Virus record (IMG/VR): IMGVR_UViG_3300032242_002545
Coordinates: 1-53,896 of that record
DNA length: 53,896 bases
From: a virus
Lineage: Duplodnaviria > Caudoviricetes
Direction: 5' to 3' (one strand)
This document shows positions 1 to 9,022 of this stretch, piece by piece. The notes under the pieces were generated by a model. It did not search any database. It was not told the DNA's origin and was given only the letters and a program-made list of their open reading frames with translations. The position numbers and the translations under genes were made by a program. The first letter of the stretch is position 1. Each line of letters begins with the position of its first letter.

Positions 1-1
1 C

Positions 2-1936
2 CCAAATTAAACCATAACCATTTTCTTGTAAGAGTTGGTATCCATCTTCGGTTAGCACTAGATTTGTGTCTTGAATACCGTATCTAATCGCGTCATTTAG
101 ATAATTATACTGAATACCAGCGTAGTCCAAGTCACAAATATTGAACTTAAACTGCGAAATTCCACCTATAAAGCTACCACCGAAGTTCTTTTCTATAGGT
201 AAGCCTCTATCATCCATATCCAATCCGTCAAATGTCTGGCTATCTATCAAGCCTTGGCTACCACCACCTAAGCTGAAGTTAAATGGCACACCAACTTGCT
301 TTCCTTTGTAGTCATTAAGTCTTTTAGCTATAAATTCTGGAAATTCATCAACAACAAACTTTAACTTAGCATTTACATAAAACATAAGCTTACCAGTTCT
401 TCGCTTAGCGTATTTTAAATCACAATCATCCATGTAGTTAGTTACGAATCTGATAACAACATACTGCCATTCGCTAGGAAGCACCATATTAGGTGCCGAA
501 TAAGCTTCATGTATGGTTACTCCGCTTGTATAGAGTCTTTCACCAGTACTAGCAGTATAACAAGTTCCTGTTACTGTAAGTAACCTGAAGCCTATACTTC
601 CATCATCCTTGATTCTGAAGCCTAATGCATTATCTATGATATCTTCGTTGTAATCTATATAACCTTGTAACGATGTTTTTCCGCTATAACTACAAACGGT
701 ATCCTGACCAAGACCATCATTAGGACCATAACAATAATAACAAAAACTATCGCCGCTTACGAAACCAGAACCTCTACCGTATATCAAGAATGGGTTCCTG
801 TAATCGGTTATAACCTCTTTTTGTCTAGCAACTGGAATTCCATTACCGTCATAATTCCAAGTCTGATACGTACCTAAGCCATCGGTACTAACCATATTAC
901 AAGCTGCGCCACTATCAACCAAATAACCATATGGTGGTGTTGGGTTACAACCAGCGTGACGACCAGGCGAGGTATTGGTTATTGCACTTAAAATAATTGT
1001 ATCGGTTGCACCAGTTAACCTAGGTGCCCTTGCATCTGTTGCTTGTCCATAAATAAGGAACTGATTTTTTATCAGCTCTATTTCAACTTGAGGTGGGTCA
1101 AGCGGTATGCCAAAGCCGTAGTCACCAATAAGCGTGATATCTGATTCTTTTAAAACGGTACAAAATGGTGATATACTTGTTGAACCAGTACATGCTGAAG
1201 TAACGGTACAAGCACTAGTACAACCAGTATCATTTCCAGCAAATTGATTCCAAAACTTATTTTCCGCACGTGTACCCATGTAGAAAAAGAAACCTTTATT
1301 GTCTGGATACACATCGTTAAGTGTTGTACCAGAACTACTGCAAGTGTCTTGGGGATTTATCCAAAATTCAGCAGCCCAAGCTTGATTTACCCTTGTTGGT
1401 AGAATCTCATATGTGCTTCCATCTATCTTATAGTAACCTTGATAAAAACCACCACAAAATTGCATATAGTCACCGAAGGTTCCTGTTGGGTCTATGATTC
1501 TTTGAGTTGGGTACACATACTGACCAGTAGTACCAGTAACCAGAGTCATTATAAGCCTAGTATCGCCAGATGCTAGCGTAAGACTAGACCCAGTAAGTGC
1601 TTGTATGAGGTTTTGGTTAGTTGGGTCCGAAGGATTTTTGGTGTAAGGGACCAAACCGTTATCGATACCTGTTAGACCAATGGTATTAAAGGTATAACCA
1701 GTATTAGTTGCGCCAGTCCAAGTTACAAGACTAAATATGGTAGAAGCGGTTGTTGCGCTATCTGGATATATCGATGGGTTATTGAAATCATACCAAACAA
1801 CAAAACAGCTTCCAGACATCAAACCAGTACTTGGAGGTACATTCGAACCATCAGGAGCCAAGAACAAATCCCAATAGTCGCTGTTTGATAGCTGTAAGTC
1901 AAATTTGTTGAAGTTAAAATTGCGTATGTTTCCCAT
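2..1936 (-). CDS. Large virion structural protein, partial (runs off window start); possible LamG/concanavalin-like domain
   Basis: Not in the ORF track. ATG at 1936 (minus); manual translation begins MGNIRNFNFNKFDLQLSNSDYWDLFLAP and includes WAAEFWINP and GFFFYMGTRAENKFW. Thr/Gly/Cys-rich and preceded by the late motif at 1950-1958. Confidence 0.75.
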   Translation of the reverse strand, partial: MGNIRNFNFNKFDLQLSNSDYWDLFLAPDGSNVPPSTGLMSGSCFVVWYDFNNPSIYPDSATTASTIFSLVTWTGATNTGYTFNTIGLTGIDNGLVPYTKNPSDPTNQNLIQALTGSSLTLASGDTRLIMTLVTGTTGQYVYPTQRIIDPTGTFGDYMQFCGGFYQGYYKIDGSTYEILPTRVNQAWAAEFWINPQDTCSSSGTTLNDVYPDNKGFFFYMGTRAENKFWNQFAGNDTGCTSACTVTSACTGSTSISPFCTVLKESDITLIGDYGFGIPLDPPQVEIELIKNQFLIYGQATDARAPRLTGATDTIILSAITNTSPGRHAGCNPTPPYGYLVDSGAACNMVSTDGLGTYQTWNYDGNGIPVARQKEVITDYRNPFLIYGRGSGFVSGDSFCYYCYGPNDGLGQDTVCSYSGKTSLQGYIDYNEDIIDNALGFRIKDDGSIGFRLLTVTGTCYTASTGERLYTSGVTIHEAYSAPNMVLPSEWQYVVIRFVTNYMDDCDLKYAKRRTGKLMFYVNAKLKFVVDEFPEFIAKRLNDYKGKQVGVPFNFSLGGGSQGLIDSQTFDGLDMDDRGLPIEKNFGGSFIGGISQFKFNICDLDYAGIQYNYLNDAIRYGIQDTNLVLTEDGYQLLQENGYGLIW

Positions 1937-1949
1937 TTTAGTATTTGTC

Positions 1950-1958
1950 TATAAATAT
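1950..1958 (-). promoter_or_regulatory. Putative phage late promoter ATATTTATA
   Basis: Motif lies 13 nt upstream of the ATG at 1936 and recurs upstream of many structural genes. Confidence 0.65.
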
Positions 1959-2035
1959 CTTACTTGCTATTTAAGTCTTTAATTTATACCAAGCTTTTGA
2001 ATTGTTCTCACATATTCTTTGCTTCGTATAACGTG

Positions 2036-3781
2036 TTAAAAGATTTCTAGGATACTTCTTTTCCAACCACTTGATGTTTTTACATACAAATAGTTGTCAT
2101 CTCTTGTTATATTTCCTTCGTTTCCATATGTATCTTCAGAAGATGATGGTGTATATGTTGGTATGCTAAGTGATTTTGGTTTTAAATCATTGTTTGTAAC
2201 CCAATTTCCTTCTGAATCAGTTATGAATTCAGCTTCATTTCCGTTTCCAAGCGCATGAAGCACCCTAATACCTCCACCAATAGCAGTTTCTTGTGTTCCG
2301 CTGTAGTTTAATTGTATATCATTATCTTCCGCAAGGATTGTTTGCGTCTCTAAATATACGCTTCCATTTGTTGAACTACCAGAAGATAACTCTTTAACTG
2401 CTTCAACAAGCATAGGGATGATTGAATCACTATGAATACCCATATAACCATCAACCTTATTGGTGAAAACAAGTCTTGGGTCAACGCTTTCAACATCTTG
2501 AGCTATAAAACCTATTCTTACGTCATCACCACCTGCAACTCTATCAATCCACTGATATGTAACACCGCTAAGTTGTTTTATTTTGTTCAAAGAATCTGTT
2601 AGAGGTGATATGTTTTCTTTTAAGCGTCTATCCGAAGTATTGGTTGTCAAGTTACCAGAGCCGTCTATTCTTATTTGGTTAACAAATGCACTAGAAGCGA
2701 CTGTTGATATGTTAAGGCTCTCTACATATGTATAATGAGATTGGCTTCCTGTTATGTTATCACCAAGCACTATTGTTGATGTACCATTTGCTTGACTACC
2801 CGAACCATGAACAAAAGATGTCGTACCGCTAGCTATACTAACATTACCACCAGCATGACTATACAAACCAATCGCTTTTGTTAGTCTACCTTCAGAATGA
2901 CTACCTTGACCGCTTGCAGTTGTACTATAACCTTCAGCATGGCTACCTTGGCCACTAGCAGTAACCTTAGCCTCAGGACCATAACCTTCAGCGTGGCTAC
3001 CTTGGCCACTAGCTATCGTATAATACCCTTCAGCGTGACTATATGTTCCACTAGCCGTTGTATTATACCCCTCAGCCAATGCATTTGTATTACTAGCCAA
3101 TGAATTACTATTATTCATTACTATTGCGTGTGTTCCAGTAGATGCTGACCAAAAAGCCGTTGATGCCGTTACACCGCTAATAGGCTGCCAAGCCCCTAAT
3201 CCTTCAGAACTAACACATGACCAAACATAACCAACACTTGGTGAATCAGTTATTATCAAGTCTTGAGTTCTTGTTATCCCAGATACATCAACCCAAATTG
3301 TTCTACCAGTAAAATCAAGCGTACCTGCGCTCAAGTATAATAGAGTATTAGTGTGAACGGTACCACTATAAGCTCCACCGCCCAAGCTAACAACAGAAAC
3401 AGGTGTGAGGTCAAAACTAACACCGCTATATGTCAAGTTAACCAAGTTGCCATCTATAGTGGTTGATGAACTACCAGTGTAGACTTGACCAGTATTTTGT
3501 GTTGTTGCGCTATTTGTAGGTGTTATCGCTGATAATTCTGGATAAGCCAAGGCCATGTTCGGGTCGTACCAATTAAAAATGGTTGTTCCTGTGTTTCCTG
3601 AAAATGTGCTTACAAGATTTGTAAGTGTTTGAGTAGCAGCACTTGTTGTTAAGTTTGGTCCTTTGATTAATAAACCAAAAGGAAGACCAAAGCTAGTTGC
3701 ACCAGATAATTGTGTCAGGGTTTCTGGATACTGCTTTACTTGTCTATTGTTTGAAAAGTCTAATTTTGTGATAAATGGCAT
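2036..3781 (-). CDS. Tail fibre/spike protein with YadA-like head repeats and a peptidase S74 intramolecular chaperone domain
   Basis: ASGxxSHAEG repeats; SDRRLKENI...LSGVTYQW...IGFIAQDVE is typical of S74. Likely start is MPFITK (ATG at 3781), 16 nt from a late motif. Confidence 0.8.
   Translation of the reverse strand: MPFITKLDFSNNRQVKQYPETLTQLSGATSFGLPFGLLIKGPNLTTSAATQTLTNLVSTFSGNTGTTIFNWYDPNMALAYPELSAITPTNSATTQNTGQVYTGSSSTTIDGNLVNLTYSGVSFDLTPVSVVSLGGGAYSGTVHTNTLLYLSAGTLDFTGRTIWVDVSGITRTQDLIITDSPSVGYVWSCVSSEGLGAWQPISGVTASTAFWSASTGTHAIVMNNSNSLASNTNALAEGYNTTASGTYSHAEGYYTIASGQGSHAEGYGPEAKVTASGQGSHAEGYSTTASGQGSHSEGRLTKAIGLYSHAGGNVSIASGTTSFVHGSGSQANGTSTIVLGDNITGSQSHYTYVESLNISTVASSAFVNQIRIDGSGNLTTNTSDRRLKENISPLTDSLNKIKQLSGVTYQWIDRVAGGDDVRIGFIAQDVESVDPRLVFTNKVDGYMGIHSDSIIPMLVEAVKELSSGSSTNGSVYLETQTILAEDNDIQLNYSGTQETAIGGGIRVLHALGNGNEAEFITDSEGNWVTNNDLKPKSLSIPTYTPSSSEDTYGNEGNITRDDNYLYVKTSSGWKRSILEIF
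2840..3090 (-). repeat. Tandem ~14-aa SHAEG (YadA-like beta-roll) coding repeats
   Basis: Repeated accttcagc(a/g)tggctaccttggccactagc units encoding ASGQGSHAEGY. Confidence 0.85.
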
Positions 3782-3797
3782 TTTTATGGGTTTTATC

Positions 3798-3829
3798 AAT
3801 AAATATTCCGCGACAGCAATATATTTATA
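3798..3829. promoter_or_regulatory. Divergent pair of putative late promoters
   Basis: AATAAATAT (3798-3806) and ATATTTATA (3821-3829) lie back to back between divergent ATGs at 3781 and 3844. Confidence 0.65.
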
Positions 3830-3843
3830 TAAAAAGATAATTT

Positions 3844-4317
3844 ATGCGTATATTAAAAAAGAAAGACTTAAATGAATTGGTCGGTGGAGATATGAATTCA
3901 GATGGTGGTGATAAACCATACAATGGAGACCACGAAATTGAAACAGGCCCAGTTCAAAAATCTTATAATGACAGTTCAAACTATGAAAAGGGCGAACCAC
4001 CTACTAGCGATAAGGTATTTGGCAGATATGTTCAAAATATACCTTGGTTTGCGGTGTATAGTTATGGTAGTAGACGTGCTGGTGTTGGTGCCTTGGTTGC
4101 ATTCGAAGGAAAAGGCAAGATAATGACCAAGAAAACGGTTGAAGAAAAGATTGAAGACTTGGTTAAAAAGACCAAAGATAGAGAATTATCTGATAAAGAC
4201 TTTAATCCAAAGGTTGAAAAGATTATCGATACAATCAAAGACGCTGAACTAACCGAAAAACAGCTTGAAGAACTTAAAAAAGCCCTTGAAGATAAGAAAA
4301 CAAGTAAAAACCTATAA
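3844..4317 (+). CDS. Hypothetical protein, likely head-associated
   Basis: 157-aa ORF with a late motif upstream and an N-terminal KKKDLNE propeptide-like segment. Confidence 0.7.
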   Translation: MRILKKKDLNELVGGDMNSDGGDKPYNGDHEIETGPVQKSYNDSSNYEKGEPPTSDKVFGRYVQNIPWFAVYSYGSRRAGVGALVAFEGKGKIMTKKTVEEKIEDLVKKTKDRELSDKDFNPKVEKIIDTIKDAELTEKQLEELKKALEDKKTSKNL

Positions 4318-4318
4318 G

Positions 4319-4768
4319 ATGAACTCACAAATAAGCAATGATATACACGTAACCAAAGATGGAGAGACAAAAAATCACCAGGCTTTTGCTATGGAACTAT
4401 CTAGGCTTAAAAAAGCCAAAAAAACTTGCGAGGAAAACAAAGGTTGTGACGAATTTAATAGACTAGGCGGTGAAAATAAGTTAAAAGAAGTTGAAAACCT
4501 AGTTAAGAAAGCCAAAGATGCGAACTACCAACAAAAGAAAACAGGTATGGACGCAGGTAGAGAAAATCAATTCATCAAGACCCACACAAAAGACAAAGAT
4601 AACGCAAACCCAACAAGCGTTGGCGGCGTACCTCAAGTGACCAAGGGTAGCATAAATCGTAAGATTATGTCAAATAAAGAAGTCTACAACGAAGGTATTC
4701 AAAAAGAATTATCTGAAATTAGATATTTAATAGAATACATGGATAACACTAAAAAACAAAAATTATAA
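4319..4768 (+). CDS. Hypothetical protein
   Basis: ATG at 4319 follows the previous stop after 1 nt (MNSQISND...), which is more plausible than the track start at 4265. Confidence 0.7.
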   Translation: MNSQISNDIHVTKDGETKNHQAFAMELSRLKKAKKTCEENKGCDEFNRLGGENKLKEVENLVKKAKDANYQQKKTGMDAGRENQFIKTHTKDKDNANPTSVGGVPQVTKGSINRKIMSNKEVYNEGIQKELSEIRYLIEYMDNTKKQKL

Positions 4769-4770
4769 CA

Positions 4771-5151
4771 ATGCCAGTATCACAACCTTACAATGGTGGT
4801 CAATCACCTCTTGAAGCAGCTGCAATTGCGGCTAGAGCAACGTTGATTCCAATCAACACATACAATAACTATGCACCAGCAAATGAGTACACCGCTACTC
4901 ACACAAGGGCTTTATCTGATACCACAACACCAGTATATGGTAAGGGTTCGGGTCAGTTCTTGGACATAGACAATTATGTTGGTGTTGGTGGTTCATATGA
5001 CATATTCGGTAATCCAACATACGCAGGTTCTGGTAGAAACCCAGAAATGTCGATGAACAATTCTCTTTGGGGCTATGGTCCACAGGGTTTGAACATGCAA
5101 AATTATATAGCACCTAACACAGCATTAAACGTAGGTCAAGTTATAATCTAA
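4771..5151 (+). CDS. Hypothetical protein, possibly virion structural
   Basis: 126 aa, Gly/Asn/Tyr/Pro-rich, tightly packed in the operon. Confidence 0.7.
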   Translation: MPVSQPYNGGQSPLEAAAIAARATLIPINTYNNYAPANEYTATHTRALSDTTTPVYGKGSGQFLDIDNYVGVGGSYDIFGNPTYAGSGRNPEMSMNNSLWGYGPQGLNMQNYIAPNTALNVGQVII

Positions 5152-5152
5152 G

Positions 5153-5833
5153 ATGAAACTTTACAATTTATTTGAGAACGTTATATTCGAAGAAATCCAA
5201 AAAGCTCGTCAAATTTTGACGGAAGCTATTTCTATTGCTGATGTTGAAAAAGCAATAGATGGAAAGTATAACGTTAAGATAAAGTATAAAGATTCAGAAG
5301 ACGAATTACCAAGCGATAGGTATATTCAAGTATATAACTTGAGCAAAACCAAAGCTGGAAACTTAGCCATAAGAGCCTATCAGATTTCTGGAGGCTCTAA
5401 AGGTGGTGATGCTAAAGGATTTTGGAAGATATTTAGGCTAGATAAGATAGAAGGCTGGACACCAACACAAGCTAGATGGAAAAATCCAGTTTCTGACTTC
5501 GACTCTAGGATACCAAAATACAATGCGGATGGTGATAGAAGTATGTCATCTGTATTGCATAAGGTGAATCTTGACGAGCCAATAACTAATGCTATTGCTA
5601 AGACACCACCGACACAAACGTCAACAAATAATACGATGGCTAAGCCTGTTCAAAAACCAGCGACCAAGCAACCAGTTAAAACACTTGTTCAAAAACCTGT
5701 TGTTAAGCAGCCAGTTAAGCCAGCGGCTCAAAAACCTGTTCAAAAACCAGCAACGCCTAGTACGCCAAATACGGAGAAAACGCCAGCGGTTGAACCAACA
5801 AATAAAGAAAAAGAAACAAAAGAAAAAGTTTAA
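5153..5833 (+). CDS. WYL-domain protein with a low-complexity Lys/Pro/Gln tail
   Basis: KAIDGKYNVKIKY...RYIQVYNL...AIRAYQ...WKIFRLDKI matches the WYL pattern. Confidence 0.7.
   Translation: MKLYNLFENVIFEEIQKARQILTEAISIADVEKAIDGKYNVKIKYKDSEDELPSDRYIQVYNLSKTKAGNLAIRAYQISGGSKGGDAKGFWKIFRLDKIEGWTPTQARWKNPVSDFDSRIPKYNADGDRSMSSVLHKVNLDEPITNAIAKTPPTQTSTNNTMAKPVQKPATKQPVKTLVQKPVVKQPVKPAAQKPVQKPATPSTPNTEKTPAVEPTNKEKETKEKV
5641..5760 (+). repeat. Imperfect coding repeats (KPVQKPA/QKPV)
   Basis: tgttcaaaaacc occurs three times, with related ccagttaa units. Confidence 0.75.
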
Positions 5834-5835
5834 TT

Positions 5836-6441
5836 ATGGATACACCAGCACCAATAGACGTGAGTAGATTAAAATCTATACTAGGTAAAGCCAAACACGT
5901 CATGAAAGCAACTGACCAAATGTTCCCAGAAAAGAAATTAAGTCAAATAAGCGAGAGCCAAAGAGGCCTAGCTGGTACCCCAGCAACTTCTGCTCCAATT
6001 TATGACGAGAGAGATGAAAGAGAACCTAACTACGGGGAAGACCATAGCGGTTATTTGACCGAAGCACCTATTCATCAACCTAAAGACTATACGGTAGAAA
6101 GTGTTATGAGGTCTAACCTCCCACCGTCAATCAAACAAGCTATGATTGACAAACACATACCTAAGATAACCTCTATGCCTTCTAAGTTTAGCTTAGATGG
6201 TCTTGAAGACTTGGTTGATAAAAAACCCAACAGAAGCCAACCTATTCGTGAAGCTCAGAGACCAAGACAAGTTGATTCTGATATGCTTATGATAAGCAAA
6301 TCAGAACTAAACGAGATGATTGAAAATAAGGTAAATGAAATGATTGCTAAGTTGTATACCAAAACCATCAGCGAACAAGCAATCAAGAAAACGATAAATA
6401 CGCTTATAAGCGAAGGAAAGATATCAACAAAGAAAAAATAA
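5836..6441 (+). CDS. Hypothetical protein, likely head-internal
   Basis: 201 aa with multiple I/LxE motifs (ISE, LTE, IRE, LNE). Confidence 0.7.
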   Translation: MDTPAPIDVSRLKSILGKAKHVMKATDQMFPEKKLSQISESQRGLAGTPATSAPIYDERDEREPNYGEDHSGYLTEAPIHQPKDYTVESVMRSNLPPSIKQAMIDKHIPKITSMPSKFSLDGLEDLVDKKPNRSQPIREAQRPRQVDSDMLMISKSELNEMIENKVNEMIAKLYTKTISEQAIKKTINTLISEGKISTKKK

Positions 6442-6442
6442 T

Positions 6443-6469
6443 AAAAAAGGGACCCATGTCCCTTTTTTT
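6443..6469 (+). terminator. Rho-independent terminator, possibly bidirectional
   Basis: aaaaaagggac-ccat-gtccctttttt. Confidence 0.85.
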
Positions 6470-6470
6470 A

Positions 6471-6499
6471 TTTACTTAATAAAAAACATCTTGTATTGT
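6471..6499 (+). promoter_or_regulatory. Putative host-sigma promoter
   Basis: TTTACT-17 nt-TATTGT upstream of 6518. Confidence 0.45.
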
Positions 6500-6517
6500 T
6501 ATGTTTAAAAACTAAAC

Positions 6518-7780
6518 ATGAGCAATAAAAAATTAAGAGTGCTGGTTGTCCCATCTGACAGAACTGGCGTAGGCTACTTTAGGTCTACAATGCCTCACAT
6601 TGCATTAGAAACTAACTATCCTGACGAATTTTCGGTTGACATCGACTACGAGCCTCAATTAAACGATGATAATTTCCTTAAGCAATACGATATCATACAC
6701 TATCATAGAAGCATAGGTCCATTCGAACAAATGCCTAAGTTATTAGAAAAGTTTGATGAACTTGGAATCATAAGCATTATGGATTTGGATGACTACTGGG
6801 CACCAGGTTCACACCACCCAGCTTATCATATCATAAAAATAAACAAGATGGATGAGCACATCAAAAATAACCTTAAGATTGCGAGACACATCACAACAAC
6901 AACATCCACTTTTGCTAAAGAAATTGGAAGACTAAACAAAAACGTATATGTCTTGCCTAACGCAATCGACCCAACCGAACCACAATACATTTCTAACCCT
7001 GAACCATCAAATAGACTTAGGATTGGTTGGTTAGGTGGTTCCTCTCACTTGAAGGACCTTGAAATTCTTCAGGGAGTTGTTAATAGACTCTCTACCGATA
7101 ACTTGCTTGATAAGGTTCAATTTGTTTTATGCGGTTTTGACTTAAGAGGTCAGCATACAGAAATAGACCAAAACGGCCAACAAAAGGTAAGACCAGTTCT
7201 TCCAAAAGAAACCTCTTGGTATCAATACGAAAAAATATTCACCGATGACTATAGGTCTGTTAGTCCAGAATATAGAGAATTTTTGATGAAGTTCACGCAA
7301 GGTGAGTATCCAAATGTTGCTAATGAACCATACAGAAGAGTTTGGACGAAGCCTATATCTTCATACGCTACAAACTATAACTTGTTTGATGTTTCATTGG
7401 CACCGCTTGAAGAAAATATGTTCAACCAATGCAAGAGCCAACTTAAGGTTATTGAAGCTGGTTTCCATCACAAAGTAATCATCGCTCAAGACTTCGGTCC
7501 TTATCAAATAGACGTTAAATCAGCAATACAATTTGGCGGTGGTTTTGATACAACAGCTAATGGTATACTTGTTGATTCTAAGAAGAATCATAAGGATTGG
7601 TATGGTGCTATAAAGAAGCTAATAAACAATCCAGACATGGTTAAAACGCTACAAGATAACCTTTTTGCTAGTGTTAAGGATACTTATAGTATAAATAAGG
7701 TTACCGAAGACAGAAAAAATCTATACTTGAAATTGGTAGCCACCAAAAAACCAAACATGGTTTTAGAAAATACACTATAA
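6518..7780 (+). CDS. Glycosyltransferase, GT-B fold (GT4-like)
   Basis: GVGYFR, DLDDYW, RIGWLGGSSHLKDL and DVSLAPL...FNQCKSQLKVIEAG motifs. Confidence 0.8.
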   Translation: MSNKKLRVLVVPSDRTGVGYFRSTMPHIALETNYPDEFSVDIDYEPQLNDDNFLKQYDIIHYHRSIGPFEQMPKLLEKFDELGIISIMDLDDYWAPGSHHPAYHIIKINKMDEHIKNNLKIARHITTTTSTFAKEIGRLNKNVYVLPNAIDPTEPQYISNPEPSNRLRIGWLGGSSHLKDLEILQGVVNRLSTDNLLDKVQFVLCGFDLRGQHTEIDQNGQQKVRPVLPKETSWYQYEKIFTDDYRSVSPEYREFLMKFTQGEYPNVANEPYRRVWTKPISSYATNYNLFDVSLAPLEENMFNQCKSQLKVIEAGFHHKVIIAQDFGPYQIDVKSAIQFGGGFDTTANGILVDSKKNHKDWYGAIKKLINNPDMVKTLQDNLFASVKDTYSINKVTEDRKNLYLKLVATKKPNMVLENTL

Positions 7781-7781
7781 T

Positions 7782-8373
7782 ATGAAAAGTATTAAATGGA
7801 AGAACCTTTTAGATAAGGTTAAAGCGTTATATGACAAGTATGTGGCAGAGCCATTAAAAAAACGCAAAGAAAAAACAGACTATGACAAAAAGATTTCTGA
7901 TATCAAAAAAGACTTTGAAAAAAAGATTTAATATCAATATCGATTGGGTTAATAAGATAATGGCAATCAATGCAAAAAATGATGAACAATTTTTTGCTAA
8001 ACGTGAACGTATGACCGAAGACTTAATTGCTGGTCGTATTAACACTATTAATGCTAAGACTAAGTCTGGTTGGAGAACAGCATTCTTTTATGACCCAGAA
8101 ATTTGTGATATCCACAATGAACACTTGAACCTAAAAGCCAAAACCATAGAACAAATTTCAAGTGAAGACTTATCTAAGTCTCAAGCTTTTCTTAAGGCAC
8201 AAGCTAAAGCTATTGGTCAATTTGAACGCAAAGAATACCCAGTTTCAAGCGAGAGTAGGTCTGGGTATTGTTTTAGAGGGTTAGCTACCTTAGACGTTGA
8301 AGCTATGATTAACGCTGAAGCTGACACAAGACGCTCAGAAGATTTCAGAAGAAATTTTATCATTCAAAAATAA
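7782..8373 (+). CDS. Hypothetical protein, apparently split by a +1 frameshift (7782-7931 and ~7882-8373)
   Basis: A 49-aa ORF (MKSIKWKNLLDK...KKDFEKKI*) starts 1 nt after the previous stop and overlaps the 163-aa ORF across A-runs. Confidence 0.55.
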
Positions 8374-8385
8374 TTTAGGTATTAC

Positions 8386-8416
8386 TTGCTAGTTTAGAAA
8401 ATATTTCGTAGTTTTG
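8386..8416 (+). promoter_or_regulatory. Putative host-sigma promoter with a Bacteroidota-type -7 element
   Basis: TTGCTA-17 nt-TAGTTTTG (TAnnTTTG). Confidence 0.5.
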
Positions 8417-8449
8417 TAAAAAATAACAACTTTTCTAAACTAGCATTTA

Positions 8450-9022
8450 ATGTCTTTAGACCAAACCAAAATACTTGCCAATACAAAAAAATACTTTGAA
8501 ACGGCAACAAAGATTGGGTTCATGAATGATGAACTCATGGCACTCTTAGGTGAAGATTTCATCAAGGCCCCAGCTTCCAGCATGGCTGATTATCATAACG
8601 CATTCGAAGGTGGTCTTATCGACCATTTACTAAGAGTTGCTTCATATGCTGTGAAAATAAACAATACCCTACCAGAAGACGAAAGAGTGGACCAAAATTC
8701 ACTTTTAAAGGTATGTCTGCTTCATGGCATCGGTAAAGCTAAGCTTTATAAGCCTTGTACGTCTGAATGGCATCGCAAGAATCAAGGCAAGATGTACGAA
8801 TTTAATGACGACCTTGTATCTATGCGTGTTGGTGAGCGTAGTGCTTACTATATCCTTTCTCACGGAATAAGCCTAACCGAAGAAGAATTCGCTGCAATCC
8901 TATTCTTCGATAAGGTTGATGATAGGATGTCAGACTACCATAATTCAATGGTTGGAGAACTCCTTAAGATGGGAAATGTACTTGCAATAAAACACTCACA
9001 AAAACACCATACCCATGAATAA
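8450..9022 (+). CDS. HD-domain protein (YhaM-like HD region) with an altered HD motif
   Basis: APAS...YHNAFEGGLIDHLLRV...CLLHGIGK. Confidence 0.75.
   Translation: MSLDQTKILANTKKYFETATKIGFMNDELMALLGEDFIKAPASSMADYHNAFEGGLIDHLLRVASYAVKINNTLPEDERVDQNSLLKVCLLHGIGKAKLYKPCTSEWHRKNQGKMYEFNDDLVSMRVGERSAYYILSHGISLTEEEFAAILFFDKVDDRMSDYHNSMVGELLKMGNVLAIKHSQKHHTHE

Noticed and set aside
2897-3103. 68-aa plus-strand ORF with repeats
   Set aside because: Antisense shadow of the SHAEG repeats in the tail fibre.
4265-4318. Overlap of the 157-aa and 167-aa ORFs as a possible frameshift
   Set aside because: A good ATG at 4319 follows the upstream stop, so no slippery site is needed.
5641-5760. Short direct repeats as a possible CRISPR array
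   Set aside because: In-frame, imperfect, without unique spacers; they encode a Lys/Pro/Gln linker.
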